Assembly: GCA_964016885.1 (NCBI GenBank)
Contig: OZ024747.1
Span: 65,596,001-65,660,000 of the forward strand
Direction of reading: 5' to 3'
Length of the DNA stretch: 64,000 nt
From: Eledone cirrhosa
Taxonomy: Eukaryota
The translations under genes and the position numbers were made by a program. Shown here in pieces: positions 1-12,745 of this stretch. Within the stretch, counting starts at the first letter, position 1, and each line of letters opens with the position of its first letter. The notes below the pieces were generated by a model that saw nothing but the letters and a program-made list of their open reading frames with translations, made no database searches and had not been told where the DNA came from.

Positions 1-631
1 ATAATTTTTAAGTGTTGTTCAAAACATCAATTTTCTATTGTAAAAGCTATTTTATTAAATTACTCCAAATTTTGGATTCTATTCCAAATTAATTGAAACA
101 CATAGCCAGTATATTTCATTAGAAATATGGTAATGAAAAGGTTGAGGTGGCAAATTGCCAGAGTCATTAAAATGTCGAATAGAATACTTTGGAACATTTG
201 TTCTGGCTCTCTGAGTTCAAATCCTGCCTTTCATCCTTTCGAGGTCAATAAAAAAAAGTACCAGTCTAGTACTGGGGTTGATTTTTCATCTATATCTCTT
301 TCTCACTTCCCCTCTATCACTCTCTTTCCCTGGAAAAAAAATTGGCTGTGTTCAGGCTTAGAGAGAATATGGGTTTATCAAGATTAAAAATTGCCCCCAA
401 AATGCTGTATGTCACTGTGGTGCCTCTACAACTCCATCACGAGTTACGGGTTAAGAGAAGAGAGAGAAGAGTGAAACTGCTAACATGTTTACATCACATT
501 CATATAGTTCCAGTAAAGGAGGCCAACAGGCATCTGCTACACCTAGAGGGAGACAACGACACTAACAATCTGTTGCCTCTCTGGTCCTCTTGGGCTTACC
601 TGATCAACAGTGAACACAGAGGTCCCACTTC

Positions 632-903
632 TGCCATGATAAAATGCACCCAGTGCATTCTGCATAGTAATGGTGCCGGTATTACTATACAATACAATCA
701 GTACACACCAAAGCATTAGTACTTAATGCCATGATAATAAGCACCCAGTACGATATGCAAAGTAGTAGTGCTGGAGCCACAATGAAATGCACCCTGTACA
801 TTCTGCAAAGTGGTAATGCTGGTGCCATGATAAAATATACCCAATACACTCTGTAAATTAGTAGTGCTGGTGCCATGATAAAATGCACCCAGTAAACTCT
901 GCA
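632..903 (+). repeat. 48-bp minisatellite (~5.5 degenerate copies) related to an RTE/SINE 3' region segment
   Basis: tgccatgataaaatgcacccag...ctgcaaagtggtagtgctgg recurs near 632, 727, 775, 823 and 871. Confidence 0.8.
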
Positions 904-1135
904 ATACCTTGTGAGTGAATCTGGTAGAAAGACACTGTATTGAAACCTGTAGTTGCTTTCTCAACCAATAGTTATGAATAGTTTTAGTTTCAACACAACC
1001 ATCTCAGATCAAGAAACTTACCAAGCAAACTTCCGACAGTCGATCAACAAGATCCCAGACCTTGTCAAATCAGATTGAGGAAACAATGTTTCCATTAGTC
1101 TTTCCATATACTATCTAACTCAAATCCAGGCAGAA

Positions 1136-1252
1136 GGAGCAACATGAAATAAAATGTCTTGCTCAAGGACATAACACATCGCCTGGTCCGAGACTCAAAC
1201 TCACAACCTCACGATTGTGAATCCAATTTTCTAACCACTCTGCCACGCACCT
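1136..1252 (-). mobile_element. tRNA-derived SINE, 5' part
   Basis: Reverse complement shows A/B-box-like head followed by gtccttgagcaagacattttatttca, shared with the 44846-45187 copy. Confidence 0.75.
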
Positions 1253-1341
1253 ACACAATGCAACTCTAAGACTATATAATATCTGTAATTTTAAATTAAT
1301 TGTTTTTAATATATCCAAAGAATCTGAAATTTGTGACTTAC

Positions 1342-1475
1342 CCGACATTCTTGACCTTTAAATGTGACACAGTTTGACTAAATACACTACATACAGGTAG
1401 GGTCACAGATTTGGGGAACCTTATATCTTGTTTTGGTAGGGATCCAAGTAATTCAACAGAAAATGTGATTCCTTC
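1342..1475 (-). CDS. CFAP65: CFAP65-like gene, third visible coding exon (134 bp); gene continues left of the window
   Basis: Acceptor tttttatatttccAG, donor GTaagt. Phase-0 start reads EGITFSVELLGSLPKQDIRFPKSVTLPVCSVFSQTVSHLKVKNV(G), matching recalled CFAP65 EGMFCVGLRATLP...PPSLQLPMCAVGDT...LDNVG. Confidence 0.87.
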
Positions 1476-1865
1476 CTGGAAATATAAAAATATAAGAACA
1501 TAACTTCAATATATGTCTGATAGCACTATATTACAAAGTTCCTTATATATGAAGTATCTACTAATATAGTTATTTATATATGAAGTATATACCATAATAT
1601 ATAGTTCCTTCTATATGCAGTGTATAGCATTATATATTAGAGTACTATACCATATAGTTTCTTATATATAAAATATATACCAATATATAGTGCCTTATAT
1701 CTAAATTACCTACCAATGAAGGATATCCCATTATATGTCTGAGAGTATTATATTATATAGGTCAACTTTGCCTTTCATCCTTGGGGGGGTCGATAAAATA
1801 AAGTACCAGTAATACACTGGGATAATTGCTGGCCTTGTGCCAAAAGTAGAAACAATTATATAGGA

Positions 1866-2189
1866 TAAAGACCCCCTTCGGTCATGAGTGACCATGGGAT
1901 TTATACCTAGAAAGTTTCCCTCCGAAGCACAAGCCTGAGTAAGGTTTGTTTATGGAGGATCAGCAGTCTCCCTGCTCCATGCCACTGATGTTTTCCAAGA
2001 GAAAGGCAATGGCCGATACAGCTTGGTACCTGTGATGTCACAACTCATTTCTACAGCTGAGTAAACTGAAGCAACATGAAATAAAGTGTCTTGCTCAAGG
2101 ACACAACACATCACCCAATCCGAAAATCAAACTCATACACTCATGATTGCAAGCCCAACGCTCTAATCACTAAGCCATGCACCTTCACC
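1866..2189 (-). mobile_element. tRNA-derived SINE with a different 3' tail
   Basis: Minus strand begins gaaggtgcatggcttagtgattagagcg...gagtttgattttc, then the shared ttgagcaagacactttatttca domain, then a distinct tail ending gggggtcttta. Confidence 0.75.
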
Positions 2190-2343
2190 ATATATATATA
2201 AATATACACCAATATAGATTGTTTTATATGTAGTGTATACCAATGCAGTATAATACAATATATGCCTGAGAGTACCACACTGACAATGAGAACTGCCAGC
2301 TTGTGAAATTAACATGTGAGTAGCTGAGCATTCCACACACATC

Positions 2344-2695
2344 ACAACCTTCTCATTATTTCAAAGATACCAAGATGGCCTCTCAAAGATTACAACCCTC
2401 TCATTATTTCAAAGCTACCGAGATGGCCTCTCAGAGATCCCAACCTCCTCATTATTTCAAAGCTACCGAGATGGCCTCTCAAAGATTACAACCCTCTCAT
2501 TATTTCAAAGATACCAAGATGGCTTCTCAACCATCACAACCCTCTCATTATTTCAAAGATACCCAGATGGCCTCTCAGAGATCACAACCCTCTCATTATT
2601 TCAAAGATACCAAGATGGCCTCTCAAAGATCACAAATTTCTCATTATTTCAAAGATAGCCAGATGGCCTCTCAAAAATCCTGAACCTCTCATTAT
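2344..2695 (+). repeat. 48-bp minisatellite, ~7 copies
   Basis: Unit acaaccctctcattatttcaaagataccaagatggcctctcaaagatc; gives the 16-aa periodic ORF 2375-2683. Confidence 0.95.
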
Positions 2696-3149
2696 ATTAA
2701 AAGCAGCCAATTACTGAATGAAAACACTTTACATTATAACTGACAAATATTCTAACACCTCCCTGCAAAAGATGGACAAATATATTCTTGGAAATTTAAT
2801 GATGTGAAAAGCATTTAAATAACATTGGTAAAGTTTGTATGTGTGTGTGGCTGTATGTATGCTTGTGTCTGTGTGTGTGTGCGTGTGTGTATATGTGTGT
2901 CTTTGCATGTGTACATGTTTATATTAGTGTGTGCAATTATGTGTTTACATGTGTATGTACATGTGTGTGTTAGTGATTGAATGTATATGTGCACATGTGT
3001 ATGTGTTAGTATTTGAAGGTATGAAAGAAGCAGAAATTCATAGAATAATGTCAGAAAAGATTTCAATGTTTTGGCTATGGCCCTACCCACTTTCCCAACA
3101 TGCACACCTGTAGTAACACTGCTCTAAACCAACAAACAGCCTCCTCAGG

Positions 3150-4292
3150 AAGATGATTAGCAGTATCGGTAGAACATCAGACAACAATGCTTTGCTATGG
3201 CCCTTTACGTTCTGAATTCAAATCACGCCAAGGTTAACTTTGCCTTTCATCCTTACGGGGTCGATAAAATAAAGTACCAGTAATGAACTGGATAATTGCT
3301 GGCCTTGTGCCAAAAGTAGAAACAATTATTTATATATCAAGTCCCGCCGAGGTTAACTTTGCTTTTCATCCTTACGGGATCGATAAAATAAAGTACCAGT
3401 AATTCACTGGATATTTGCTGGCATTGTGCCAAAAAGTAGAAGCAATTATTTATATTGTTATTGTTATGGATTGGAATGGAACAGAATTGCCTTTTATGGA
3501 AATTTCTTATGGCTGAGTAAGGTATCTTTTTGATGGGAAATCATATCACCTGACAGCTATGTGATATTTCTGTTTAACACTTTTGATAGCAAATCACCTG
3601 AAACTCTTCCTTGTTCTATGACACTGTTCTATAAAGTGTTTATATTTATCTAAAAACCTATCATAAATTATATATGTAAGAATCTGTGTTAAGCTGTACT
3701 CCAAACACTAAATAATTATTTCTTTATAAATAACGGTTTCTGATTTTAGGAACAAAGCCAGTAATTTGAAAGGGAGGGGAAAGTCAATTAAATCGACCCC
3801 AGTACATTACTGGTACTTTATTTTATAAACTCCCATAAGGATGAAAGATAAAGCTAACCTCAGCAGAATTTGAACTCTATGCCACGAAGTATGGTGTCTG
3901 ACTGAATGGTTTCTACTTTTGGCACAAGGCCAGTAATTATCCCAGTGCATTATTGGTACTTTATTTTATCGACCCCGTAAGGATGAAAGGCAAAGTTAAT
4001 CTCGGCGGGATTTGAACTCAGAATGACAAGGGCCGTAAATCTATGCGTCAAAGCATGGCGTCCAGCCCTCTACCGATACTGCCAATCCACCGCTTTTCTT
4101 TATAAATAATTGTTTCTACTTTTGGCACAAGGCCAGCAATTACCCAGTACATTACTGGTACTTTATTTTATCAACCCCATAAGGATGAAAGGCAAAGTTG
4201 ACCTCGGCGGGATTTGAACTCAGAATGGAAAGGGCCGTAACTCTATGCGTCAAAGCATGACGTCCGACCCTCTACCGATACTGCCAATCCAC
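3150..4292. mobile_element. Cluster of five copies of a second SINE family (two on +, three on -)
   Basis: Core gagttcaaatcccgccgaggttaactttgcctttcatccttacggggtcgataaaataaagtaccagtaa on + at ~3215 and ~3340, reverse complement at ~3735-3900, 3908-4095 and 4105-4292. Further copies near 165, 1760, 5860-6200, 6600, 16830, 22015, 26000, 27060-27350 and 46350. Confidence 0.85.
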
Positions 4293-4716
4293 CAAATAAT
4301 GAAAAGGTTTTAGCCCTCCAATTTTTTGGTTATTTTCAAAATCAGCAACTATATTAACTATATTGTATTTGTTACAAAAAAGAAAACTAAAGATTCTTTA
4401 CAAGCAGACAACTAGTTATTTACTTGGTGAGTATATTTACAAACAAACAAAAAAAAAAGAAAGAAAAAAGCAAGGAAAGAAAGAAAAAAGCAAGGAAAGA
4501 AAAAAAAAAAGAGAGGGAGAAATTTGGCTGGACAATACATTTTAACTGTGCCCTGCAGAAAAGAGAAGAGAGATCAGCCAGTGATAAAAATCATAGGTTG
4601 ACATTTTGGGGTTGTTATTTATCTCCACTGCTTCTAGTTTTACTTGCTTCATGAAGTTGAACTATAACAAAAGGTGTTTTAGACCTGGCAGTCCTGTTTT
4701 TATATGAATTCCATAG

Positions 4717-5105
4717 GTCTAACATAGGACAAAATCAGAAAACAGTACAGTTCCCATGACTTTCGGAATGAAGCATGGAACAAACTACATGCATCAGTTG
4801 TTAGCTGTTATGACACTGCATCCTTCAAAACTTCTATGCTTCACGAAATTCACCAACACTACACCTAATATTCCCCCTCCATAAACACACATGCATGTGT
4901 GTGTGTGTATGTGTGTATGTGTGTATGTGTGTGTATGTGTGTCTGTGTGTGTATGTGTGTCTGTGTGTGTATGTGTGTCTGTGTGTATATTATGACTCAT
5001 AGATATTATGACACACTTTCCTTGCATTTGTACATATTCTATGCACTATACATGCACATTTGATGAGTTGTAGTGTACCTGAGCACTGTACACACATTAT
5101 TATCA
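4717..5105 (+). mobile_element. CR1-clade LINE 3' fragment (same family as 32885-33995)
   Basis: agaaaacagtacagttcccatgactttcgga...gaagcatggaacaaactac...gagttgtagtgtacctgagcact matches 33725-33965; interrupted by a (TG)n-rich tract. Confidence 0.85.
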
Positions 5106-5237
5106 TGGTGGTGTGGGATTTGAGAGAGATTTATCTATCATTTGTAGCAGTCAGTGTAACCATGTTGAGATTCCTTCGTTAGTTCATACAGACCAACTTA
5201 TTCATCACTAAATTGGATTAATGCATTACAGATCTAA

Positions 5238-5464
5238 CCATTTTGGTACCAACGCAGCCAAGACCAAGTCTGATTATACAAAACAAAATTAACAAATTTA
5301 AGGGGTTACTATTTAAATTAAAATCTTCCAACATAATTTCATATAAGAACCATATGTTTAGTTACTATTTTAATAATGAAATAATTAATTTTAGTAAATC
5401 ACTCCAAATTCTCCACTAATTAATTGCAATATGATGTATTTCATTAAAAATAGTCATGAAAGTG
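5238..5464. mobile_element. Old TTAA-flanked piggyBac-type MITE (family 2), degenerate
   Basis: taaccatttt...aaagtgttaa termini; interior is the reverse complement of the 20498-20736 copy. Related partial copies at 1-143, ~3575 and ~13400-13690. Confidence 0.55.
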
Positions 5465-6226
5465 TTAAATGTGATTAGTTTCTTTGTCAGAGAGGGAAAG
5501 GTAATACCCATGACACTTTTCAGAGAACCTCAAGTAGTGGGGGTGCAGGGAAGATGAAGGAAATTGTCCTCAAACCAAATATCTAGCCCAGATTCTTGGA
5601 ACAGTGGGGACTCTAAAGAAGGAACCTAAGGGCTTAGTGAAGGTGGTGTTAACAGAGTGGACACTAATAAAGGAACCTAAGGGCCTACTAGTTGTGTTAA
5701 CCAGGCAACAGATTAAATATAATACCCAGGTAAGCCACATCAGGAATTGAACTCAGAATTCAAAAATAAAACAAAAGTAAATCAAAAACATAACAAATAC
5801 CAAAAGGTATCCTTTCCAATGCGCTAACAATTCCCCCAGATCAATATCTTTACATTCGTGGGTTTATTTGTCAACCATCGAAGGGTGAGAAGCAAAGTTG
5901 ACCTCAGAAGGATTTGAACTCAGAACACAAATAGCCATAACAAAGACTACATGGTATCTCATCTAAAGTTCCAACAAATCCTCCAGTCCACTCTACTAGA
6001 AGGGTACGTTTTTTACCAAAGCCTGGAAGAATGAAAGGCCAAGTTGACCTTCGTGAGATTTGAACTTGGAATGGAAAGAATCAAAATAATTACAGCAAGT
6101 TATTTTATTTGATATTAACACTTCTACCAGACCATTACCATAGTATGGTACTTTATCAAATCCTGGAAGAAGGAAAATAAAGTAGACTTTGATAAGAATG
6201 GAATTCAGAATACAAGGTATATCATT

Positions 6227-6267
<41 letters not shown>

Positions 6268-6344
6268 AACATTACCAATATGACCACTCTATGCTGACAT
6301 AATATAAAGGTAGAGCACCCTTAACTCCTGATGGAAATATAGGG

Positions 6345-6505
6345 ATGCCATCCTGACCTACAGCATGTCTTGGGTATTTTTATACCAGTTGAAAATGAGT
6401 ACCAGATGGTGTTCTGTCCAGTGGGAAGTCTTTTACTCTCGCTTAATGTTATGGAAGCCAGGATAAGCAGCAATCTGATGAGCCTCCAGGCTCAAGACAA
6501 ACTAT
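6345..6505 (+). mobile_element. SINE 3' part (third family; same as 41485-41720)
   Basis: ctgtccagtgggaagtcttttactctcgcttaatg...ctgatgagcctccaggctcaagaca is the reverse complement of the 41485-41600 segment. Confidence 0.65.
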
Positions 6506-8254
6506 AGACTTTTTCTTCTTTTTGGAGTCCATCCATCTCCTGGTTAAATCAGCCAATTTCTTCCAGTGAGAGAGTGGGGAAAGCACCAATCCCCAATACC
6601 GATACTTTATTTATTGACCTTGAACAGATGAAAGGTTAAAGTTGACCATGGCATGATTTGAACTCAGAAGAGATGTGCAGTGAGCCAGAACAAATAGCAG
6701 AGTCATTTTTAATCTGACATCTCTAATGACACAGCCAGTTCACCAGCTTCAACTGACACAACTACTGAAATAATAATAATAATATATCCAAACTATGAAA
6801 ATGTGGAGTGAACTTTCAATAAAATATAATTCTCTGAAATGTCAGTAAATGTTAAAAGACATGTGACACACTACATCTCTACTAGACAGAACCAGGAGGG
6901 AGAGGAGGCAGATGCTATTTGTTTTATTTTCAAAAAATCTATGTTAACATGGCTGGCTTTGATCTTCCATTGGGAAAAAAAAAATTCACAAAAAAAAAAA
7001 CCTTCTAAAGTCAAATCACAGACACCAATATTGATATTTCTCAATTGAAGACTTAGGCCATTCTGGTAACAGCTTTACCATTTTATAGGTGCTGAGAGAT
7101 GGAGAAAAAAGGAATTTGGTTCAAATGAAAGTAGTTAGCATCAGCAACATTAATTCAATCATCACAACATACCGCACAAGAATAAGTCTCTTTCACTAAT
7201 ATAACAATAGCATCAGAAATAATATATTATGGTTCCAATATGTTTGTAGTGGAAACTTCTAGCATTGTGGGTCCCCTAAACTACCTCCAATCTTGCTGCT
7301 ACCAGGACAGTGATGGCCACTTCCAGGAGTTGGACTAGCTATTTCAGTGTGTCTCCCTTGCTAACCTTCCAGTTAATACTTTCTCCAGTGTCTCCTGGTA
7401 ACATAAAGAAGCATACACTTGGAGTGCTGCATGTCAAGAAGACTGTCTCCTGGAAACATGAAGCAGCATACACTTAGAGCTTTACATAACAGAAAAGCAG
7501 AGATGACGGAGGAGGAAGGAGGGTTGACAACCTTACATCAACTGGTTCATGTTACTACCATTGGCCACTACATACGCACATATATCCATTTTATCATCCA
7601 TTTTCCATGCTTCCATGGGTCAGATGGGTCGTCCACGTCGAAAGACAAGTCTGGCCAAAATTGGCCACAACATACCTTGTTCTGACGGGACTGAAAATTT
7701 GGCCAGGGTTTTACAGTTGAATGCCCTTCCTAACACCAACCACATATATTTATATCTATATATCAACGACTTAATTTTACCATATTTACTGTAAAAACAT
7801 TAAAACGTTAAACTGGAAAAAATTGTGGAGTAAAGAATAAAATGATTAAAGAAAAAACACAAGTAGTGAATGCATTTTGTTTTGTTTCAATATACAAGAG
7901 AGATAACCCCAGATATGTTTCAGTTTTAACACCTCATCAGCAAAGTATAGCTTTCATCTTACCATTAAGAATCATTAAGTAAATATTATTAACAGACAAG
8001 GTTGGCAGATTGGGCAGCAACAAGTAGACTATACTACTTTACAGGGTGGCAAACTACTATTGTTTTAATTGGGGTGACTTATAACTTTAAAATTTTGATT
8101 CTGATCTAAACATTATCCCTTCTCCAAATCTGGTTACCAATTACACACACACCATTACGCAGTAATACAGAAGACCCGACTTCCCACAGGTACAAGCCAA
8201 AGCTGAAGTATATAGACAGTATGCTCCCACGCCCCTCCCACTGTAAAATATTCG

Positions 8255-8508
8255 TGGAGGTGTCACAACAAATATCACCCAGTCCACACTGTAAGGTGGT
8301 CGTGTAGGTGCCACAGTAAAAAAGCACCCAGCACTCACTATAAATGAGGTTGGTGTTAGGAAGGGCATCCAGCTGTAGAAATCAAGCCAAAATCAGTTCT
8401 GTATGAGCAAGACATGGTCACCTGACCTGGCATTGCCCACAACAGGAAAACTCGCCTAACCCATGCTAGCGTGGAAGAATGGACGTAAAACGGTGATGAT
8501 GATGATGA
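8255..8508 (+). mobile_element. 5'-truncated RTE 3'-UTR/SINE tail copy with (TGA)n tail
   Basis: aaaaagcacccagcactcact...gttaggaagggcatccagctgtagaaa...cccatgctagcgtggaagaatggacgtaaaacggtgatgatg. Similar copies at 19765-20037 (+), 28305-28500 (-), 37585-37785 (+) and 7590-7745 (-). Confidence 0.8.
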
Positions 8509-8591
8509 CACACACATACACACACGAACATGTGTGCATATATGTGTGGGGTGTGGGGTTGGAGGAGAGTGTGGGGTGGAGGTGAGTGTGG

Positions 8592-8633
<42 letters not shown>

Positions 8634-9584
8634 AACATTATATATATATATATTATATATATATTATATATATATATATACATATATGTATATTATATAA
8701 TTATATATATAATATATATACATATACACACACATACATATGTGTGTGTGTGTATGTGATGACTAACGAAAAAAAATATATATATCAGTTTAACACATAG
8801 CAAGTATATAAAACCAGTAACTTTTTATTCACAAATTATAGAGAATGGGGGGAGGCTTTTTTTTCCATGTTTTTTTTCACTCCATACAAAAATGAAAAAA
8901 TATCAAAAATGCTATTTTTACAACCTGACTTTATGATGGTTATTCATTCCTCTTCAATCACATTTTCTGCCCTTTTGGCAAATAAAAGACCCACTTATTA
9001 ACATTACTATTATTATGATCATCATCATAAATATACATCGTTATTATGATTTAAAAAATATTGCTATAACATGGTGGTTGAATTCATGTACATTATTATT
9101 ACTACTATTACTACTACTGCTACTATTATTACTACTACTACTACATTTTTTGTATCAGTTTTGTGTCTTATTTTTCACATCAAGATTTCAATTTATAAAA
9201 TTGTATATTCACACACACACACTCATATATATATATATACATATATATTTACATACATACCAACAACACACTCATACATATAGTCACTCATACATACAAA
9301 CATTATATTACATACACACAAATATACAGATATAAAGCTAAAATATGATGAAAAATGTTCAGGCAGTTTTCGGTATATTTTGTTTTTAAAGTTTCTAAGT
9401 AGCAGGTTGTGTTTATTTTTTTTTTTTTATTTATTTAGTTTTTATTAACTCAATTTTATCAAATGTTGAATACATTAAAAACTTACAACATTAAATACGT
9501 AAACACCCAATTGACAAAAGAAACATTCAGAAAGTTTGAAATTTGGAATGTAGTCGTTCCAATGTAAATAACTAAAATAATAGT

Positions 9585-9800
9585 CTTCTTCTTTGTCCAC
9601 TTACTCCTGGGAGGCTTGTGGAAGAAGAGTCCTCAAACACTCCTTCCTGTAACTAGGTCCTGTCAGAAGTAACTATCTCCAATTGATCCAACTGCATCCC
9701 CAAGCTAGACCAGCTGAACTCATGGATGTTATCCAACCATCTTGCTAGGAGTCTACAACACAGAGGATTATGGTGTACCTACTCTAAAATAAAGTTAGTC
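9585..9800 (-). mobile_element. Degenerate RTE-like LINE 3' end
   Basis: Minus strand reads ...RWLDNIHE... followed by a short (AAG)n tail. Confidence 0.45.
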
Positions 9801-9924
9801 ATCATCGTGTTACATATGTTTTCCATGATAACATGGGTTGTCACAAAGAAAGTCAGATTACTATGTTTTGCTCATGTTCCATTTCTGGCATGATTTCTAC
9901 AGCTAAATGCCCTTCATAATGCCA

Positions 9925-10172
9925 ACCATTTTACGGAGTGTAATCGACTGCATTTCATCATGGTACCAGCAATACTTCTTTACAGAATGTAATGGGTGCA
10001 TCTTATTATGACGCTGTTACAAGCGCTTTACAGAGTGTAGTAGGTGCATTTTATTGTAGGACCAGCACTACCACTTTACAGAATGTACTGAGTGCATTTT
10101 ATCATGATAGCCACTACTACCACTGTACGGAATGTACTGAGTGCATTTTATTATGGCATCCCCTACTACCAC
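9925..10172 (-). repeat. 48-bp minisatellite (~5 copies), reverse complement of the 632-903 family, attached to an RTE-tail copy at 9800-9925
   Basis: tgcattt(t)atcatg...ttacagaatgt recurs near 9949, 9997, 10045, 10093 and 10143. Confidence 0.75.
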
Positions 10173-10606
10173 TATTATTAAAACCAACAAAGAGGGGTTC
10201 TACTTTTTAGCCAAGGACTTACATTATTTTCTGCATATGCCATTGCAAAAAAAGAAAAAAAAACTTATTTGGCTGTCGCCAGCCATGGACATGCAAAGCA
10301 CATGAAAGACATTTAGATCAAGTGATGCCTGTGTTTGAAGCTTTTTTTAAGTCAAGAAAGGCCTTGAACTGGACTAATTCCACTCTGTGAACAATGGTGA
10401 CAGGTATCCAAAAAGAAAAACAGGTCAACATCATTGGCTGCCATCGAGTTTCAGGTTTTACATCAAAGTATTCCTTCTCCTAGAATGATATACTAACAAG
10501 GACCAGGTACCTCATTCTCCCAGTAGGCTAACTGTGCACCAAACCACATATTTCCATGTCTCCGCATATATATATATATATATAAAACACTCACATATAA
10601 TACACC

Positions 10607-11585
10607 CAAGCCCAAGTCATTACACCTGATGGGATGACAGAGTTCTTTGAGATACTGGCTGGAGTGCTCCAAGGAGATACATTGGCTCCCTACCTTTTTA
10701 TCATCGTAGTGGACTATTGTATGCGCCTTGCACTGGAGAAACACCAGGACTCTGGCTTTACTGTAACACCGGCTCAGAGCAGGAGAGTTAAGGTGACAAA
10801 GGTATCAGATGCTGAATTTGCCGACGACATAGTTTTGGTGACAAATACAGTGAAGGAGGCAGAGGATTTGATGCGGGAGGTTGAGACTGTGTCGATGAGT
10901 GTGGGGCTGAGAATGAATGAGACTAAAACAAAATATCTGGTAGAGAATGTTGAGAAGCCAGAGGGGATCACTGATGTAGGCGGTAAGCCGCTAGAGTTGG
11001 TTGAGGGCTTCCTGTATTTGGGAGCAAAGATTGGGAATACGGAAGATGATGTGATTGAGAGGAAGAGCAAAGCCTGGGCGGCATGCCACAGCTTGAGATT
11101 GGTGTGGAAGTCGGACCTTCGTAAAGACCTGAAGATCCGCCTCTTCATTGCTGTAGTGGAGTCTGTGCTACTGTACGGGTCTGAGACTTGAACACGGACC
11201 AAGAAACTCACTCAGATGGTGGATGGGTGCTACACGAGAATGCTGAGGATGGCTCTGAACATTAATCAGTATACACTGAGGATGAAAAACTCAGAGCTGT
11301 ATGGGAGCCTCGCAAAAGTCAGCTCAAAAATGACACAGAGGAGACTAAGGTTGGTTGGACATGCTCACCGACATCCAGAGTTGACATTGTACTCAGTGCT
11401 CCTGTGGGAGCCCCTACATGGACACACTAGAAGAGGAAGACCAAGGTTAATGTATGTTGATGCCCTAAGGACAGACACTGATCTGTTGGAGATGCGGGAC
11501 ATGGCAGCAATAATGAGGGACAGAGACCGCTGGAGAGAACTCGTCCATGGATCTCAGGAGTTTTACCCATCCTAGATAGATATAA
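10607..11585 (+). mobile_element. 5'-truncated RTE-like non-LTR retrotransposon (RT C-terminal half), pseudogenised
   Basis: GVLQGDTLAPYLFII, FADDIVL, FLYLG, LLYGSET*(stop in place of W at 11189-11191), RRLRLVGH, RRGRPR, DRDRWR; stop at 11575. Confidence 0.9.
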
Positions 11586-11701
11586 TACACATATACATGT
11601 TTACACACAACATATACATATGCACACACATATGCACATACATACATACGCACATACATACATACATACATACATACATACATACATACATACATACATA
11701 C

Positions 11702-12468
11702 ATGTCATCACGGTACTATCTACCTATGAGGCATGATGTAGTGGCCAAAACACTGTACAATGCAATCCGTAGAAAAGATAGCCCCGATAATAAACACATT
11801 AAAAGCTACAGCAATGTGGAAAACATACATATACATAATATGAAAGAGTACTGGTGGAATGTTCCAGTAAAAACCCCAATAAAATGCAGGCATAACAGAC
11901 CAGATATAATGATATGGGACAGGGAAAAGAAGGCATGCACAGTAATGGAAGTTAGCTGCCCAGCAGATGCCAATATAATATCAAAGATCAGCAAAAAGGA
12001 GAATATTTATGCAGAATTAATGAGAAATCTGTAGATACTCCACCATGACTATATATTCAGATTTATGCCTGTGATTATTGGGGCACTAGGATATGTTAGT
12101 AACTGTCTCAATACAAATCTTGAGAAGCTGGGCTTCACAGGAACAGAAAGAACACAACTAGTTAGGAAATTACAAGTATAATCCATTAATGGAACAGTAA
12201 AAATATGTAAAACGTTCCAAACATTTTGCATCTAATAACTGCATATACACAAGTACAGATAGAAAGGGTATGCACATGCACACATACAACTCAAAACATC
12301 CACATCCACACATACAATAACATCGATACCTGCACACACATGCATGCAGATATGCATACATATCTACCTAGTTGATATTGTGTAAATTCCAATGAGAGAG
12401 TCTTGTAACTATGTTAGAAACTGACTCTCTCTATTGGCAAATATTTGTGAAATTATAAAACCAGAAGA
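11702..12468 (+). mobile_element. R4/Dong-like non-LTR 3' fragment (restriction-like endonuclease domain plus 3' UTR) within a (CATA)n tract
   Basis: RHDVVAK...NRPDIMIWD...MEVSCPADAN...KKENIYAEL...PVIIGALG fits the RH / PD-(D/E)xK layout of RLE-type elements; in-frame stop at 12032-12034; (TACA)n on both sides. Confidence 0.85.
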
Positions 12469-12606
12469 ACATACATACATACACACATACACACATACAC
12501 ACACACATACATACACATATGAGAAGCAAGAAACAAAGGAGGTAAAATAAATAAACAAACATCAAAGTTTAACACAAAGGAAATATAATTGTTTATGGAT
12601 ACATAC

Positions 12607-12745
12607 ATTTGAAGAGAATTTGATCTTGTCTTTATAGAATTTCTCTTCCAGTGGATGGAATGTGACTGGTAGGTAATAACTGTTACCTGTGCTAAGGCTG
12701 ATGGTATGTGGATAGGATGTTAGAAAGTATTTGGTTTCAGGTAAT
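12607..12745 (-). CDS. CFAP65: CFAP65-like gene, second visible coding exon (139 bp)
   Basis: Acceptor tttttctgatttAG, donor GTatgt. First base completes codon GAA, then LPETKYFLTSYPHTISLSTGNSYYLPVTFHPLEEKFYKDKIKFSSN, matching recalled CFAP65 PPKTKFFFTVIPQPIFLSPGITLTLPIVFRPLEAKEYMDQLWF. Not in the ORF track. Confidence 0.87.

Noticed and set aside
2375-2683. 102-aa ORF with 16-aa repeats
   Set aside because: By-product of a 48-bp minisatellite lying antisense within an intron; no other coding support.
8800-9580. 3'-UTR-like AT-rich tracts suggesting a nested gene (also 14500-15600 and 21000-21400)
   Set aside because: No associated coding exon found; composition alone is not enough.
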